Virus record (IMG/VR): IMGVR_UViG_3300037245_001077 | Coordinates: 32,001-96,000 of that record | Length of the DNA stretch: 64,000 nucleotides | Source of the DNA: a virus | Strand: one strand, 5' to 3' | Shown here: positions 10,620 through 20,100 of the stretch, piece by piece | Layout of the letters: each line of letters begins with the position of its first letter | Numbering within the stretch: the first letter of the stretch is position 1 | Made by a program: the position numbers and the translations under genes | Notes under the pieces: model-generated | Seen by the model: the letters and a program-made list of their open reading frames with translations, nothing else | Database searches by the model: none | What the model was told of the DNA's origin: nothing

Positions 10620-10861
10620 TGGGTAGGCGGGCTGAGGTTGGTTGTCCTTGGTGTTGTCAAGGAATACCTATACTAAACCAGGCACAGATACCTAAGAAGG
10701 TGTGTGTTAACTGTCGTGAGTTATATGACTATGAACGCGAGAAAGCCCCTAAGGATAAAATGGCAGAGGGGTTTCATCTCCTGAAAGGAGATTGTGATGC
10801 GAAAAATGATATTACTTATGTCGCTGCTACTCACGAGCTTACTGATCGTGAGTCAAAGTGA
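10619..10861 (+). CDS. Small Cys-rich protein
   Basis: Coupled start; CPWC and CVNC motifs. Confidence 0.5.
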   Translation: MGRRAEVGCPWCCQGIPILNQAQIPKKVCVNCRELYDYEREKAPKDKMAEGFHLLKGDCDAKNDITYVAATHELTDRESK

Positions 10862-11351
10862 GGCTCAGCAAATACGAAGCACGTCTCATCGGTCAGCCTA
10901 TCGAGGTGGCCACTCTGTCCATTATGGTGGACACTCCCGAGGCTATCGTGGGTATTATGGTGGACATCGTGGCTATGGTGGCTATGGTGGCTATGGTTGG
11001 TATGGTGGGTCTCACCGAGGCTGGAACTCTGGTTGGTATGGAGGCGTGCGTGTTGGTGTAGGTGTTGGTTGGGGGTTTGGTTGGGGATACCGTTCCCCTG
11101 CGCCCTTACGTGTCTACCACAGTGTTCAGGTTAACCCTTACTACGTGGCCCGTCCACCTCTGGTAGTGGACACCACCTACACTCCTCAGTACTATGTGAG
11201 GGAAGAGACAACAGGTACTGCGGTGGCTGAGAAGGTAGAGATCGTGAAGCTCAAACCAGGAGAGTCAATCCAGAACGGTGGTGTAGTCATCACCAACATT
11301 AACGGTAAGCTCGTAATACTCCAGGCGGTGAAAGACAATGGTTCAGAGTAA
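10797..11351 (+). CDS. Secreted Gly/Tyr-rich protein
   Basis: Signal peptide ending SEA-Q, GGY/GWY low-complexity region. Confidence 0.7.
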   Translation: MRKMILLMSLLLTSLLIVSQSEAQQIRSTSHRSAYRGGHSVHYGGHSRGYRGYYGGHRGYGGYGGYGWYGGSHRGWNSGWYGGVRVGVGVGWGFGWGYRSPAPLRVYHSVQVNPYYVARPPLVVDTTYTPQYYVREETTGTAVAEKVEIVKLKPGESIQNGGVVITNINGKLVILQAVKDNGSE

Positions 11352-11928
11352 GCCTAAAGGCAATTCTTACGAAAACGTGATTGCGACTAAAATCAGAAAA
11401 CATTTTGTGCCTGCTAAGTTCGAGGGTAAGACGGCGCATAACCTAGTTCACCGCACCCCGATGAGCGGTGGGCATGTGGAGAAGGGTGACATCATTATCA
11501 AGCCACCTATCCTCAAATGGTTTCCCTGGTTCATCGAATGCCGCAATCGAGAGTCTTGGTCGTGGAAGAATGTTATGGAGAAGGGGAGAGAGAGTGTCAT
11601 TGGCACGTGGTTCTGGGAGGACGCAGAAGAAAAATGTCATGCTTATGACCATGACGCCTCGTACCCTCGTTACCCTCTCTTGGTGTTCACGAAGAACTTC
11701 GAGAAGAACTATTTTTGTGCAGAGATAGGAGATTTCATAGAGGTTCTTTTCACGGATGTCAGTGGTGCTACCCGAGAAGATATCATGCTCGCCCTTAACC
11801 CTTCTTGTCTTTGGATAGGACGCTATTGGGTGATTGGACGGTTTAGCACGCTCATGGTGTTACACAACAACCCCCCTGAGGCAGTAGCGCAGGGTATCCA
11901 TGAGTATTTGGGAGAGAGCAATGAGTGA
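11338..11928 (+). CDS. PD-(D/E)XK Holliday junction resolvase-like protein
   Basis: SKPKGNSYE...GDII...IECRNRE pattern. Confidence 0.7.
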   Translation: MVQSKPKGNSYENVIATKIRKHFVPAKFEGKTAHNLVHRTPMSGGHVEKGDIIIKPPILKWFPWFIECRNRESWSWKNVMEKGRESVIGTWFWEDAEEKCHAYDHDASYPRYPLLVFTKNFEKNYFCAEIGDFIEVLFTDVSGATREDIMLALNPSCLWIGRYWVIGRFSTLMVLHNNPPEAVAQGIHEYLGESNE

Positions 11929-12529
11929 GAACGTACTGGTCCTCGTGGACGTGCAGAACGTGTTCTACGGCTCTAAGAGCTATTCCAATAACCAACAGCA
12001 GGTTGACTACGAGAAGTTGTTGGAGGTGATCAATGAAGAGGTAGTGGATTACTTTGACAACGCTATAACTGAGGAGTCTAAACTCTTTAGTTATCATGGG
12101 CTGTCTGACTTAATGTCGGGGGTAGTGGCTCACAGGACTGAGATACATATGGAGGTGCGTGGGTATGTGGTGAGAACTCCCAAGTATCGTGGAACCGCAC
12201 TGTTTGCCTTCCTACGTAAGATCGGGTATAGCCTCTGCGTGCGCTATTTCCCTGACGACCACCGCGAGGATGATGAGTGGAAGGGTACAGTCTCCAACAT
12301 CATGCAAATGGACCTCATTCAAGAGTGTGTGAATTACGATGCTGTTGTGGTAGTATCAGGCAATGGAGTATTCGAGCCTGCGTTCAAGGCGATGGAGCAC
12401 AACTGGAGTCATGTACACCGTATTATCTGCGCCTTCAAGGACACTCTTCATGAGACCTATACGAGGCGAGATGACTTGGTAGACCACATTATTCATTTGG
12501 ATGACCGTGTATTGCGTAACAGCAAGTAG
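11921..12529 (+). CDS. NYN/LabA (PIN-like) domain protein
   Basis: VLVDVQNV, VDYEKL, VVSGNGVF. Confidence 0.75.
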   Translation: MSENVLVLVDVQNVFYGSKSYSNNQQQVDYEKLLEVINEEVVDYFDNAITEESKLFSYHGLSDLMSGVVAHRTEIHMEVRGYVVRTPKYRGTALFAFLRKIGYSLCVRYFPDDHREDDEWKGTVSNIMQMDLIQECVNYDAVVVVSGNGVFEPAFKAMEHNWSHVHRIICAFKDTLHETYTRRDDLVDHIIHLDDRVLRNSK

Positions 12530-12537
12530 GAGTTAAG

Positions 12538-13326
12538 GTGGTTAAGAAGGCAGTATCTCGCACTAAAAAATCTACTGCTCGCACGAAGAAGACGCGCAAG
12601 CTCAAGAATCCTAACACGGGTAAGATCGTTGTGATCAAGGCGTATGACCGATACCCCGAGGAGTTCCGGTACATAGCTAAGATGATGTATATCACCGGAA
12701 GAGCTGGCGTAACTGAAATCTCCAAGCAGCTCAACATCCCGAAGAGGACGTTGGACACCTGGCACCGCAGAGATAAGTGGGTACTGTTACGTCGTAAGGT
12801 TCAACGGTTAGCTAACAAAGATGCGGTGAAGATAGCCCGTAAGTCAATGAGCGTCTACGTTAGAGACATTGATAGAGGGCTGAACACCATGATGGCTAAC
12901 CTCAACACGCGCCTGGATGAGATAGAGGATGACAACAAGATCAAGAGCGAGGCGGTTATCTACAAGAACCTCCTCGACCTTTGGCGTATAAAGATTGCTT
13001 TGATACGAACACTCACCTATGGTGTACAGGGCAAAGCATTTACGCCTCATCCCACAAATATGTTATTCGATGGTACAGAGGCACAGGCAAATCAGCCACA
13101 ACAGAAATTATTCTCAGCTAGTGCAGTTGAAGATATAATGCAGGTTATCCCTGATTATATGCAGGAAGCAGCCAAGCTAATCCTGGGCGTTGGGCCAGAG
13201 GATTGGGACGATAATGTACTTGATGCCGTCATAGAGTATCTGGACGAAGCCGAGGATGAGGGTCTAGGCGAGGACGGTACTACCGTGACTAATATGTTAA
13301 TGGAAGACGAAGAGGAGAACCAATGA
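12538..13326 (+). CDS. HTH protein, possible terminase small subunit
   Basis: EISKQLNIPKRTLDTWHRRDKW HTH followed by helical and acidic regions. Confidence 0.5.
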   Translation: MVKKAVSRTKKSTARTKKTRKLKNPNTGKIVVIKAYDRYPEEFRYIAKMMYITGRAGVTEISKQLNIPKRTLDTWHRRDKWVLLRRKVQRLANKDAVKIARKSMSVYVRDIDRGLNTMMANLNTRLDEIEDDNKIKSEAVIYKNLLDLWRIKIALIRTLTYGVQGKAFTPHPTNMLFDGTEAQANQPQQKLFSASAVEDIMQVIPDYMQEAAKLILGVGPEDWDDNVLDAVIEYLDEAEDEGLGEDGTTVTNMLMEDEEENQ

Positions 13327-14006
13327 GTATCAATGACCCCAAGAGGTTCGTGAAGAAGATCGTGACACCTGGAGAGGCAGCACACCAAGCGGCCTTGGGA
13401 CTTCAAGGCAACCCACAAGGCGAAGAGTTGAAGCGTGTCAAGGATGACATGGTTAGGATGATGCAGCAGAGTAAGGCCACCGCAATACGGCTCAATGCAG
13501 TCATGGACTACATGGGCTACATCGGTATGTTCCTGACTCAAGAGCTAGATGAGAAGGGTTTCCCCAATGGCCCAACGTCTACGCCTCTCAGTTGTTCTAA
13601 CATGATCTTCGAGGGGCTGGTTGACAAGGGTTTGATCAGTTGTATGCCTGAGTATGGCTTTGATGCCTTCTTCGTAGAGCATCAGAAGCTCTCGGATGTA
13701 TTGATTCTGTTGAACCAGGCGCGTCACCAGGGCAATGCCACTATGAAAGATTTGATTGGTGCAGCACGCGAGTTCAATGATGATCCTAAGCGTATTACCA
13801 AGATACGTGGTGAGCAGATTGGGCTAGTTGAGTATTTGAATACCAACCCGGATAAACTCATAATGGATGACGTTGTCGCTCTTGGTAAAGAGTTTGAGTT
13901 GAACATCGACTTCACAAAAGAGGAGGATGAGGATGCCACAACTGACCAAGAGGACGAGAACAAGGAGACAGAGGGAGTGTCGTCTGGGGAAGATACTCCG
14001 CAATAA
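13323..14006 (+). CDS. Hypothetical protein
   Basis: 227 aa, AGGAG SD, coupled start. Confidence 0.75.
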   Translation: MSINDPKRFVKKIVTPGEAAHQAALGLQGNPQGEELKRVKDDMVRMMQQSKATAIRLNAVMDYMGYIGMFLTQELDEKGFPNGPTSTPLSCSNMIFEGLVDKGLISCMPEYGFDAFFVEHQKLSDVLILLNQARHQGNATMKDLIGAAREFNDDPKRITKIRGEQIGLVEYLNTNPDKLIMDDVVALGKEFELNIDFTKEEDEDATTDQEDENKETEGVSSGEDTPQ

Positions 14007-14160
14007 AATAATGGCTTACATCACCTTGGCTGAGGCCATAGATGTGGGAGAGAATACTGTTGGTCAATGGGTAGCAGGTAAGACAGTACCAAATGCACTC
14101 GTAATGGATGACGTGTGCCAATATCTTAGCTGCAAACTAAACGATATCTATCCACAGTAG
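13933..14160 (+). CDS. XRE/Cro-like HTH regulator
   Basis: TLAEAIDVGENTVGQWVAGKTVP...LSCKLNDIY; overlaps the upstream gene by 74 nt. Confidence 0.75.
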   Translation: MPQLTKRTRTRRQRECRLGKILRNKIMAYITLAEAIDVGENTVGQWVAGKTVPNALVMDDVCQYLSCKLNDIYPQ

Positions 14161-14171
14161 AGGAGGACGCT

Positions 14172-14351
14172 ATGTTCGAGAAGGGTCAACGTGTTGTTAT
14201 TCGTACCCCTAACAAAGAAGAGGTGGTGCTGGTTGAGGAGATTCTAACTGGTGATAACGGGCAAATGCTCCGAGTGAAGGATCCTATCACGGGTCGTAGC
14301 AGGGTGGTGAACCCCGTCAAAGAGACCATCGTTGAGCATCTTGAAGACTAA
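14172..14351 (+). CDS. Small hypothetical protein (59 aa, not in the ORF track)
   Basis: GAGGAGG SD, MFEKGQRVVIR...HLED. Confidence 0.65.
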   Translation: MFEKGQRVVIRTPNKEEVVLVEEILTGDNGQMLRVKDPITGRSRVVNPVKETIVEHLED

Positions 14352-14377
14352 TTTACTCTCACACTGGAGGTAAAACA

Positions 14378-15289
14378 GTGTCCAATATCGAAGTAAAAAC
14401 CGTGAAATTTGGGAGTATAGAATTACAATACATTGAAGAGGAGACTGGTGTCCTTCTTTTTTCTGTTCAATCATTAGCTAAGGGTTTTGAGATCAGGGAT
14501 GGTCACTCAATTTGGTACCGCAAACCAATTCAAAAGTATATTAGTTTCCATAAGACAGAACGGGGTAAACGGGCGCTTCGGTTCCTTACGAAGGAAGGTG
14601 TCTACCAACTACTTGCATGGCGACACCCTGTTTGGGAAGTGGATTTCTATAAAACCTTTGAGGCAAAGGATCCCTTGGATTCTTTGATTGATCCCTTGGG
14701 TGTTATACCCCCGGATAACCTGGAGAATGGCCCGATTAGCCCGATTAATGTTGTGCCTACTCTTATACGGTTGGATGAGCGTCAGGACAAGATGGACATC
14801 AAGTTGGACAAGCTGATTGAGCTGGTGGGTACACCGACTGCTGCTGTTGTTCGTAACCCCAAGCTCATTCCTATTTGGGGTACCGAGAGCATGGTGCGTG
14901 TACCTTCAAAGGCTGAACATCTTTTCATAAATATGGGTAAGGCTCGAATGTGGAATAGAACTCCTCGGGTATTGAATGGATCTCCTATGTATACTCATGT
15001 TGAGGGTTATCGTACCTACAAGGAGATGCTTGCTGTTGCTGGATTGGATATCCTCATCAGTACCCAGAAGGGACGTGATCTTTCTCGTCGAATGGCAATG
15101 CTTGCTCGGAAGCATGGAATCAGTTACTATTTGGTAGTGGATGCTCTGCGCTATCATCAGAACCATCTTAAAAATAAGCCGACCACGTTGCATATTGGTA
15201 CATACAGTATCAATGCGTACCCCAAGGAGCTTTGGGCTGTAGTGGAGCCAGTCGCACAGAAATATCTTGACGAATTGAGTAATGGCTGA
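14378..15289 (+). CDS. Bro-N/antirepressor-like DNA-binding protein
   Basis: FSVQSLAKGF...RFLTKEGVYQLL resembles Bro-N. Confidence 0.5.
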   Translation: MSNIEVKTVKFGSIELQYIEEETGVLLFSVQSLAKGFEIRDGHSIWYRKPIQKYISFHKTERGKRALRFLTKEGVYQLLAWRHPVWEVDFYKTFEAKDPLDSLIDPLGVIPPDNLENGPISPINVVPTLIRLDERQDKMDIKLDKLIELVGTPTAAVVRNPKLIPIWGTESMVRVPSKAEHLFINMGKARMWNRTPRVLNGSPMYTHVEGYRTYKEMLAVAGLDILISTQKGRDLSRRMAMLARKHGISYYLVVDALRYHQNHLKNKPTTLHIGTYSINAYPKELWAVVEPVAQKYLDELSNG

Positions 15290-15313
15290 TACTATCCATA
15301 AATAGGAGGACAA

Positions 15314-15697
15314 ATGGCCGAAGAGAATGAAGATCCTGAGTATCCTGAAACACCTGAGTTAGACAAGATGGCTCAGTTCACGGACAAGTCTCAGCATATC
15401 GGGGAGTTCCTTGACTGGCTGTTGGGGGAACGTAACCTCATGTTCGCTAGATGGCCTGACGAGGATGAGGAGAGTGAGTGGTCGTTAGACAGCCCCATCC
15501 CTGAGTGCCTAGACATCAATGGGCTTCTAGCAGAGTACTTTGGAGTTGACTTGGTGAAGGTAGAAAACGAGAGACGTAGCATCCTTGAGTATCTGAGAGG
15601 GAAGTGGAAGGATGAGCCAGTACCTCCAGTAAAGGTTGTCGTTACCTCTGGTGATGACGTAGAAGAGACCGAGATCAAAGGAGAACCAATTGCGTAA
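15314..15697 (+). CDS. Hypothetical protein
   Basis: AGGAGG SD, 127 aa. Confidence 0.7.
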   Translation: MAEENEDPEYPETPELDKMAQFTDKSQHIGEFLDWLLGERNLMFARWPDEDEESEWSLDSPIPECLDINGLLAEYFGVDLVKVENERRSILEYLRGKWKDEPVPPVKVVVTSGDDVEETEIKGEPIA

Positions 15698-16079
15698 CGA
15701 TGTAAGAGCGTGGGGCGACATCGGAGCCATGATGTGCATCCATCCAAGGACTTGCGCCAAAGCCAAGTATGCCCGAGCCATCATCGCTTGGGTTCCTGCT
15801 TTGGGTGAGGCTATGGACCAGGATAACTTGAGAGGTCAAGTCCTCCGTGGTCTCCACTGGGTGACTCCGTTGTTCATCGGACCACGTATTGTTCAGTGTC
15901 TCGTCTGTGGCTCCCTCGTGTTCATGAACAAGATGAGTAGAGAGATCATGAAGGGTATCCGATTTGTGTTTGACCCCGAGGTAGAGTGGTACGAGAGCAT
16001 CCTGTTGATGGCAGAGGATGTGGATGCGTGGGGCGAAGACTTCTCGGATAAGGCAGGACTCAAAGCTACCAAGCATTAG
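15690..16079 (+). CDS. Hypothetical protein
   Basis: AGGAG SD, TTG start. Confidence 0.6.
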   Translation: MRNDVRAWGDIGAMMCIHPRTCAKAKYARAIIAWVPALGEAMDQDNLRGQVLRGLHWVTPLFIGPRIVQCLVCGSLVFMNKMSREIMKGIRFVFDPEVEWYESILLMAEDVDAWGEDFSDKAGLKATKH

Positions 16080-16080
16080 G

Positions 16081-16109
16081 TTGACAAGTGGTTGACGATG
16101 TGCTGTAAT
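16081..16109 (+). promoter_or_regulatory. Sigma70-type promoter
   Basis: TTGACA-N17-TGTAAT with an extended TG. Confidence 0.6.
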
Positions 16110-16145
16110 GGTTGATGTGATCGATAACTTCTAAAGGAGAGGCTA

Positions 16146-16436
16146 GTGAAGATCAAAGAAATCACAGTGGGTGGATCGTACACGTTCCAGCCCCAGGCTT
16201 ACCACTCCGCAAGGGGTGAGGCATCCTTCACAATAGAGTTGGAGGAGGGAGATGATCTTGAGCAGATCGAAGAAGAGGTTCGTAGCCGAGTCGTCCAGAC
16301 CATAGTGAGAAGTCTCGCAGGTGTGGATGAGGTACACCAGAAGCTCGCCGTGCAGGGTTTAAGCCCAAGCGACTTGGTGGAACAAGACCCCGAGGATGAC
16401 ATCCTCACGGGTGACGAAGGCAGCGAGTGGTTATAG
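16146..16436 (+). CDS. Hypothetical protein
   Basis: AGGAG SD, GTG start. Confidence 0.7.
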   Translation: MKIKEITVGGSYTFQPQAYHSARGEASFTIELEEGDDLEQIEEEVRSRVVQTIVRSLAGVDEVHQKLAVQGLSPSDLVEQDPEDDILTGDEGSEWL

Positions 16437-16449
16437 AAGGGAGCCAAAC

Positions 16450-16650
16450 ATGGATCAGGAAAAGGTATTTGATGCAGAGGTAGTAGATGATGCGTTGCAC
16501 GCGGTACAGGAAGGAACCATGCCAGCCATCTTGAAAATGTACGGTGCGGGCTTGCTGGTGGCCATGTTGCTGACATTGGTCACTTACACGTTGAAATTTG
16601 TAGCTGGTGGTGGACTGACAAGCGTTATCAACCCAGGCGACTTTAATTGA
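16450..16650 (+). CDS. Small membrane protein
   Basis: GGGAG SD, one TM helix. Confidence 0.6.
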   Translation: MDQEKVFDAEVVDDALHAVQEGTMPAILKMYGAGLLVAMLLTLVTYTLKFVAGGGLTSVINPGDFN

Positions 16651-16654
16651 GTGA

Positions 16655-16760
16655 GGGGGATAGAGGAGCATCACGCGGAATCGTTCTCAGCAGACAATTC
16701 TTAGAAAGGGCTACCTCCTTACTGATGCCTTTCTAGCGTAATCCCACTATCCCCCATTTT
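16655..16760 (+). ncRNA. Putative structured small RNA
   Basis: Closing stem GGGGGATAG/CTATCCCCC plus inner stem TAGAAAGG/CCTTTCTA, followed by a U-tract. Confidence 0.4.
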
Positions 16761-16771
16761 TGGAGCACGTA

Positions 16772-16939
16772 ATGCAGATCAGAATCCTTGAGGACACCGA
16801 ACTAAAGATCACAAAGAAGAGGGGGCATCGTGCCCCCTCTCGTACTAGGAAACATAGGTATGTGAAGAGATATCTACAGGTTAAGAACAGCAAGACATTC
16901 ATCAGAATAGAGCTTGATGAAGACCTTGACAAGATGTGA
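16772..16939 (+). CDS. Small basic protein (55 aa)
   Basis: GGAG SD, MQIRILEDTELK... Confidence 0.5.
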   Translation: MQIRILEDTELKITKKRGHRAPSRTRKHRYVKRYLQVKNSKTFIRIELDEDLDKM

Positions 16940-17154
16940 TATACTTCAATCATGAGATTCATAGATAGAAGTCCCTGGCCCCATCACCATAATCCAAACA
17001 TGACGATGAGTCAGGCCCACCATACGTCCCACCATACTTCCATCCATAACAACCCACCAACAATACCGGGGACTTCTATCGCCTCTATAGCTATACCACT
17101 GTATAACCTTCAGAGCATGAACAAAATCACCATGCCTAAAGCAAGAGGAACACC

Positions 17155-20100
17155 ATGACATTATCAGACATTATCAAGCATAAGCTGAGAAACAAGTATG
17201 CTACCACTAGACAGCCTTATCTTGTTGATAACAAAGTAGTTAAGTTTGCAACACCCGATCCTGAAGCAGGAAAAGCTTGTATGTCCTGTTGGCTCTATCA
17301 TTTACGAACAGAGCTACCCATAGATACACCGCCCCCCGAGCACAAGCCAGTGACCTTAATAGAGGACATAAAGCCCTACCGTAGTAAGGAGCCTAACCTA
17401 GAAGGCTTTTGTATACTCAACCACCCCATCATAGTAACCAACGTACCACGTGACTATGGTTGCCCTTATCAGTTGGGGAAGGCCAAGGAGCTACAGTTCG
17501 AGGATGACTCCATAGAGGATGGTACTGATCTCTTCGCTGGACCCATAGGTAGGAAGCCTGTAGGCAGAGACCCCATAGGGAGGAAGTGATGGGCTGGTGG
17601 GCAGGCATGACCAAGTGGCAAGAGGAGCAAGCACTTGAAAAGGCCAACAAGAGGTCGATGCTTACGAAGCATCCCACTCAAGAAGAGGAAGCGATAATGC
17701 GTAAAGTGCGTAGAGCTAGCACCGAGAAGATTACGAGGAAGCAGTTCCCCAGCTACGAGGAGCAAGAGGAGTACGACAGGTGGGCAGAGCACGCATTACA
17801 ACGCCAGATAGCCCAAGCCCAGTCAGATATGTGCCAGAGGACTGTTGGGTCAAACCTCACCACAAAACAGGTGAATGAGCTAATGAACATCATACGAGAA
17901 GACATGGAGCTAAAGTACAAGTACGACACCCTGTCCGATACAACAAAGAAAAGGATGGCTGAGGTGGCCAGCGTTGATCTTGATAGCTACACTTGTAAGG
18001 ACAAGCACGACACCCTGCCTGCTACACAAGCATCATCTAACCCAAAGCAGAGGCCCTACACTAAAGAGGAGTTAGACACCTTCGCTAAGCTGAAAGAGTT
18101 GAAGTTCGACTACAAAGCCTTCAAAGGTATGTCACCACCAGGGTACGAGTCGTATATAGATAAGAACTACCAGTACGTAGCACCGGATTTGACCAATGAG
18201 GATACGATCAAGGATATACCCGAGGAGCTGATATGATGAACCCCCAAACTAGGGAGCAGGACTTTGGTGGGCTGTACATCGAGCCTGACATCAACCACAC
18301 TCCCTACCCTGAGGACATGGAAGACATTGCGTATGTGATGTACGACCCTCAGATGGGCCTCAAGATGATCAGTATGTACATGCAGCAGGCGTATGAGTAC
18401 TATGGGCAGGTAGATGACCTCAAGGGTGAGAACGGACGCATAAGGCAGCGCATGGAGCAGCTAACAGAGTCCACCCCTGAGGAGGTGGGTAAGCTCAAGC
18501 GTGATATCAATGACCTCAAAGAAGCGAATGCCCGGTTGGTACGCATAGAGAAAACTGCAACCGAGCAGCTTAAGGATACACGCAGGGACTTCATGCTCAT
18601 CGGGAAGGAGAACCAAGAGATAGGGCTTAAGTGCTCTGATACTATCCATGAGGTGTTCGATGCCCTAGAGGGTATGGTACGTGGTATGGCCAAACACATG
18701 AGTGAACCAGGGATGCGTGACATTGATGAGCTGTGGATAGAGGAGAGCAAGACCATGGCTATGGTTGTACTCAACAAGCTGGATACGCTCAAGAAGGAGA
18801 AAACGATATGAGTGACTACAAAATACTGTGCCAGGACTGTGGTAAGCCAATAGGTGAGTGGATGGGTGACTTCTGTCCTAAATGTGATGGTAAGCGTGTT
18901 GCAGATAAGCTGGTAGAGGAGTTCAAGTGGAATCTCCTCAACTGGATGGGACCACCAGGGATCAACGAGTGTGCGAAGCACCACAAGAAGGAGTGGATAT
19001 CCAAGAACTGTCCTTACTGCGCCCTTGCTGAAGCAGAGTCCAAGCTAAAGGATGCCAGAAATGAGATCAAGCGCCTCAAGGCTATTGAGATGATACGTAG
19101 TAATTGTGAGATGAAGGTAACAAAGTTCAATGCAGAATGTAAAGGAGGGAAGTACTGATGCATCTTCTGTTCTGTGATGAGGGCTTCTATATTGACCTTC
19201 ACATTGATGTTGAGAACGATGAGGGTGAGATAGAGCACCCCGAGGTAGATCTACCTGATGACGTGAACCATGAGCTGACTCGCCTAGAGGACAAGATCAG
19301 TGGCTTGGAGACTGAAGTAGAGGAGCTTGGGCAACGACTCCAAGCTCGTGAAGACAGAACCAATGCCCCCTGTGCTGATGCCCTCGACAAGCTCTGGAAG
19401 GCCATCATGCCCGAGAACTACGGTGATTGGGAGTATGCAGGCCAAGCGTACAGACACCTACTGTGCGTGTACAATGAGCAGAACGATAAGATCAAGCAGA
19501 ACGATAAGGTCAAAGAGCTTGAAGACGAGATTAGTGGTAGGGACGAGACCATCAACCATCAATCTGACATCATTGGGGAATTGGACGAGCGGATCAAGGA
19601 TCTAGAGAAAGGAAATGACAATGATATGGATTAATTTCACCCGTAGTAGATACAAGGAGTTCACCTTTTTGGGACGTAACTTCATGATGTTCCGCTTCTT
19701 ACACCATAAGGAGTGGACACCGTTCGTGTGGTTGGTGTAGCCATGAATGAGATAGCCAGAAAGCTACGTGAAGCAGTAGGCAGGGATGAGCAGGGTATTG
19801 TCGTTAAGGGCAATTGCCCTGAAGACGACTATGATATTGAGTGGCTTGTAGGTGATGCTGCTGATGAGATCGAGCAGTTACAACAGTGGAAAGACGGTGT
19901 TAGGGGCTTCCTGGGACAGTTTGGGGTAGAGAGCATCTCAGCCATGCTGAACATCATGGAGACAGCTAGAAGGTGGGTACACTGGTGTCGTAAGGGATCT
20001 ATTCACACGATAGACGAGAGATCTGAGGAGCTTGGAGCTAGGAGTAAGCTTTGTGAGGCTGTGGAAGCTTACGATGCTATGGTAGCCAAGAGAGAGGAGG

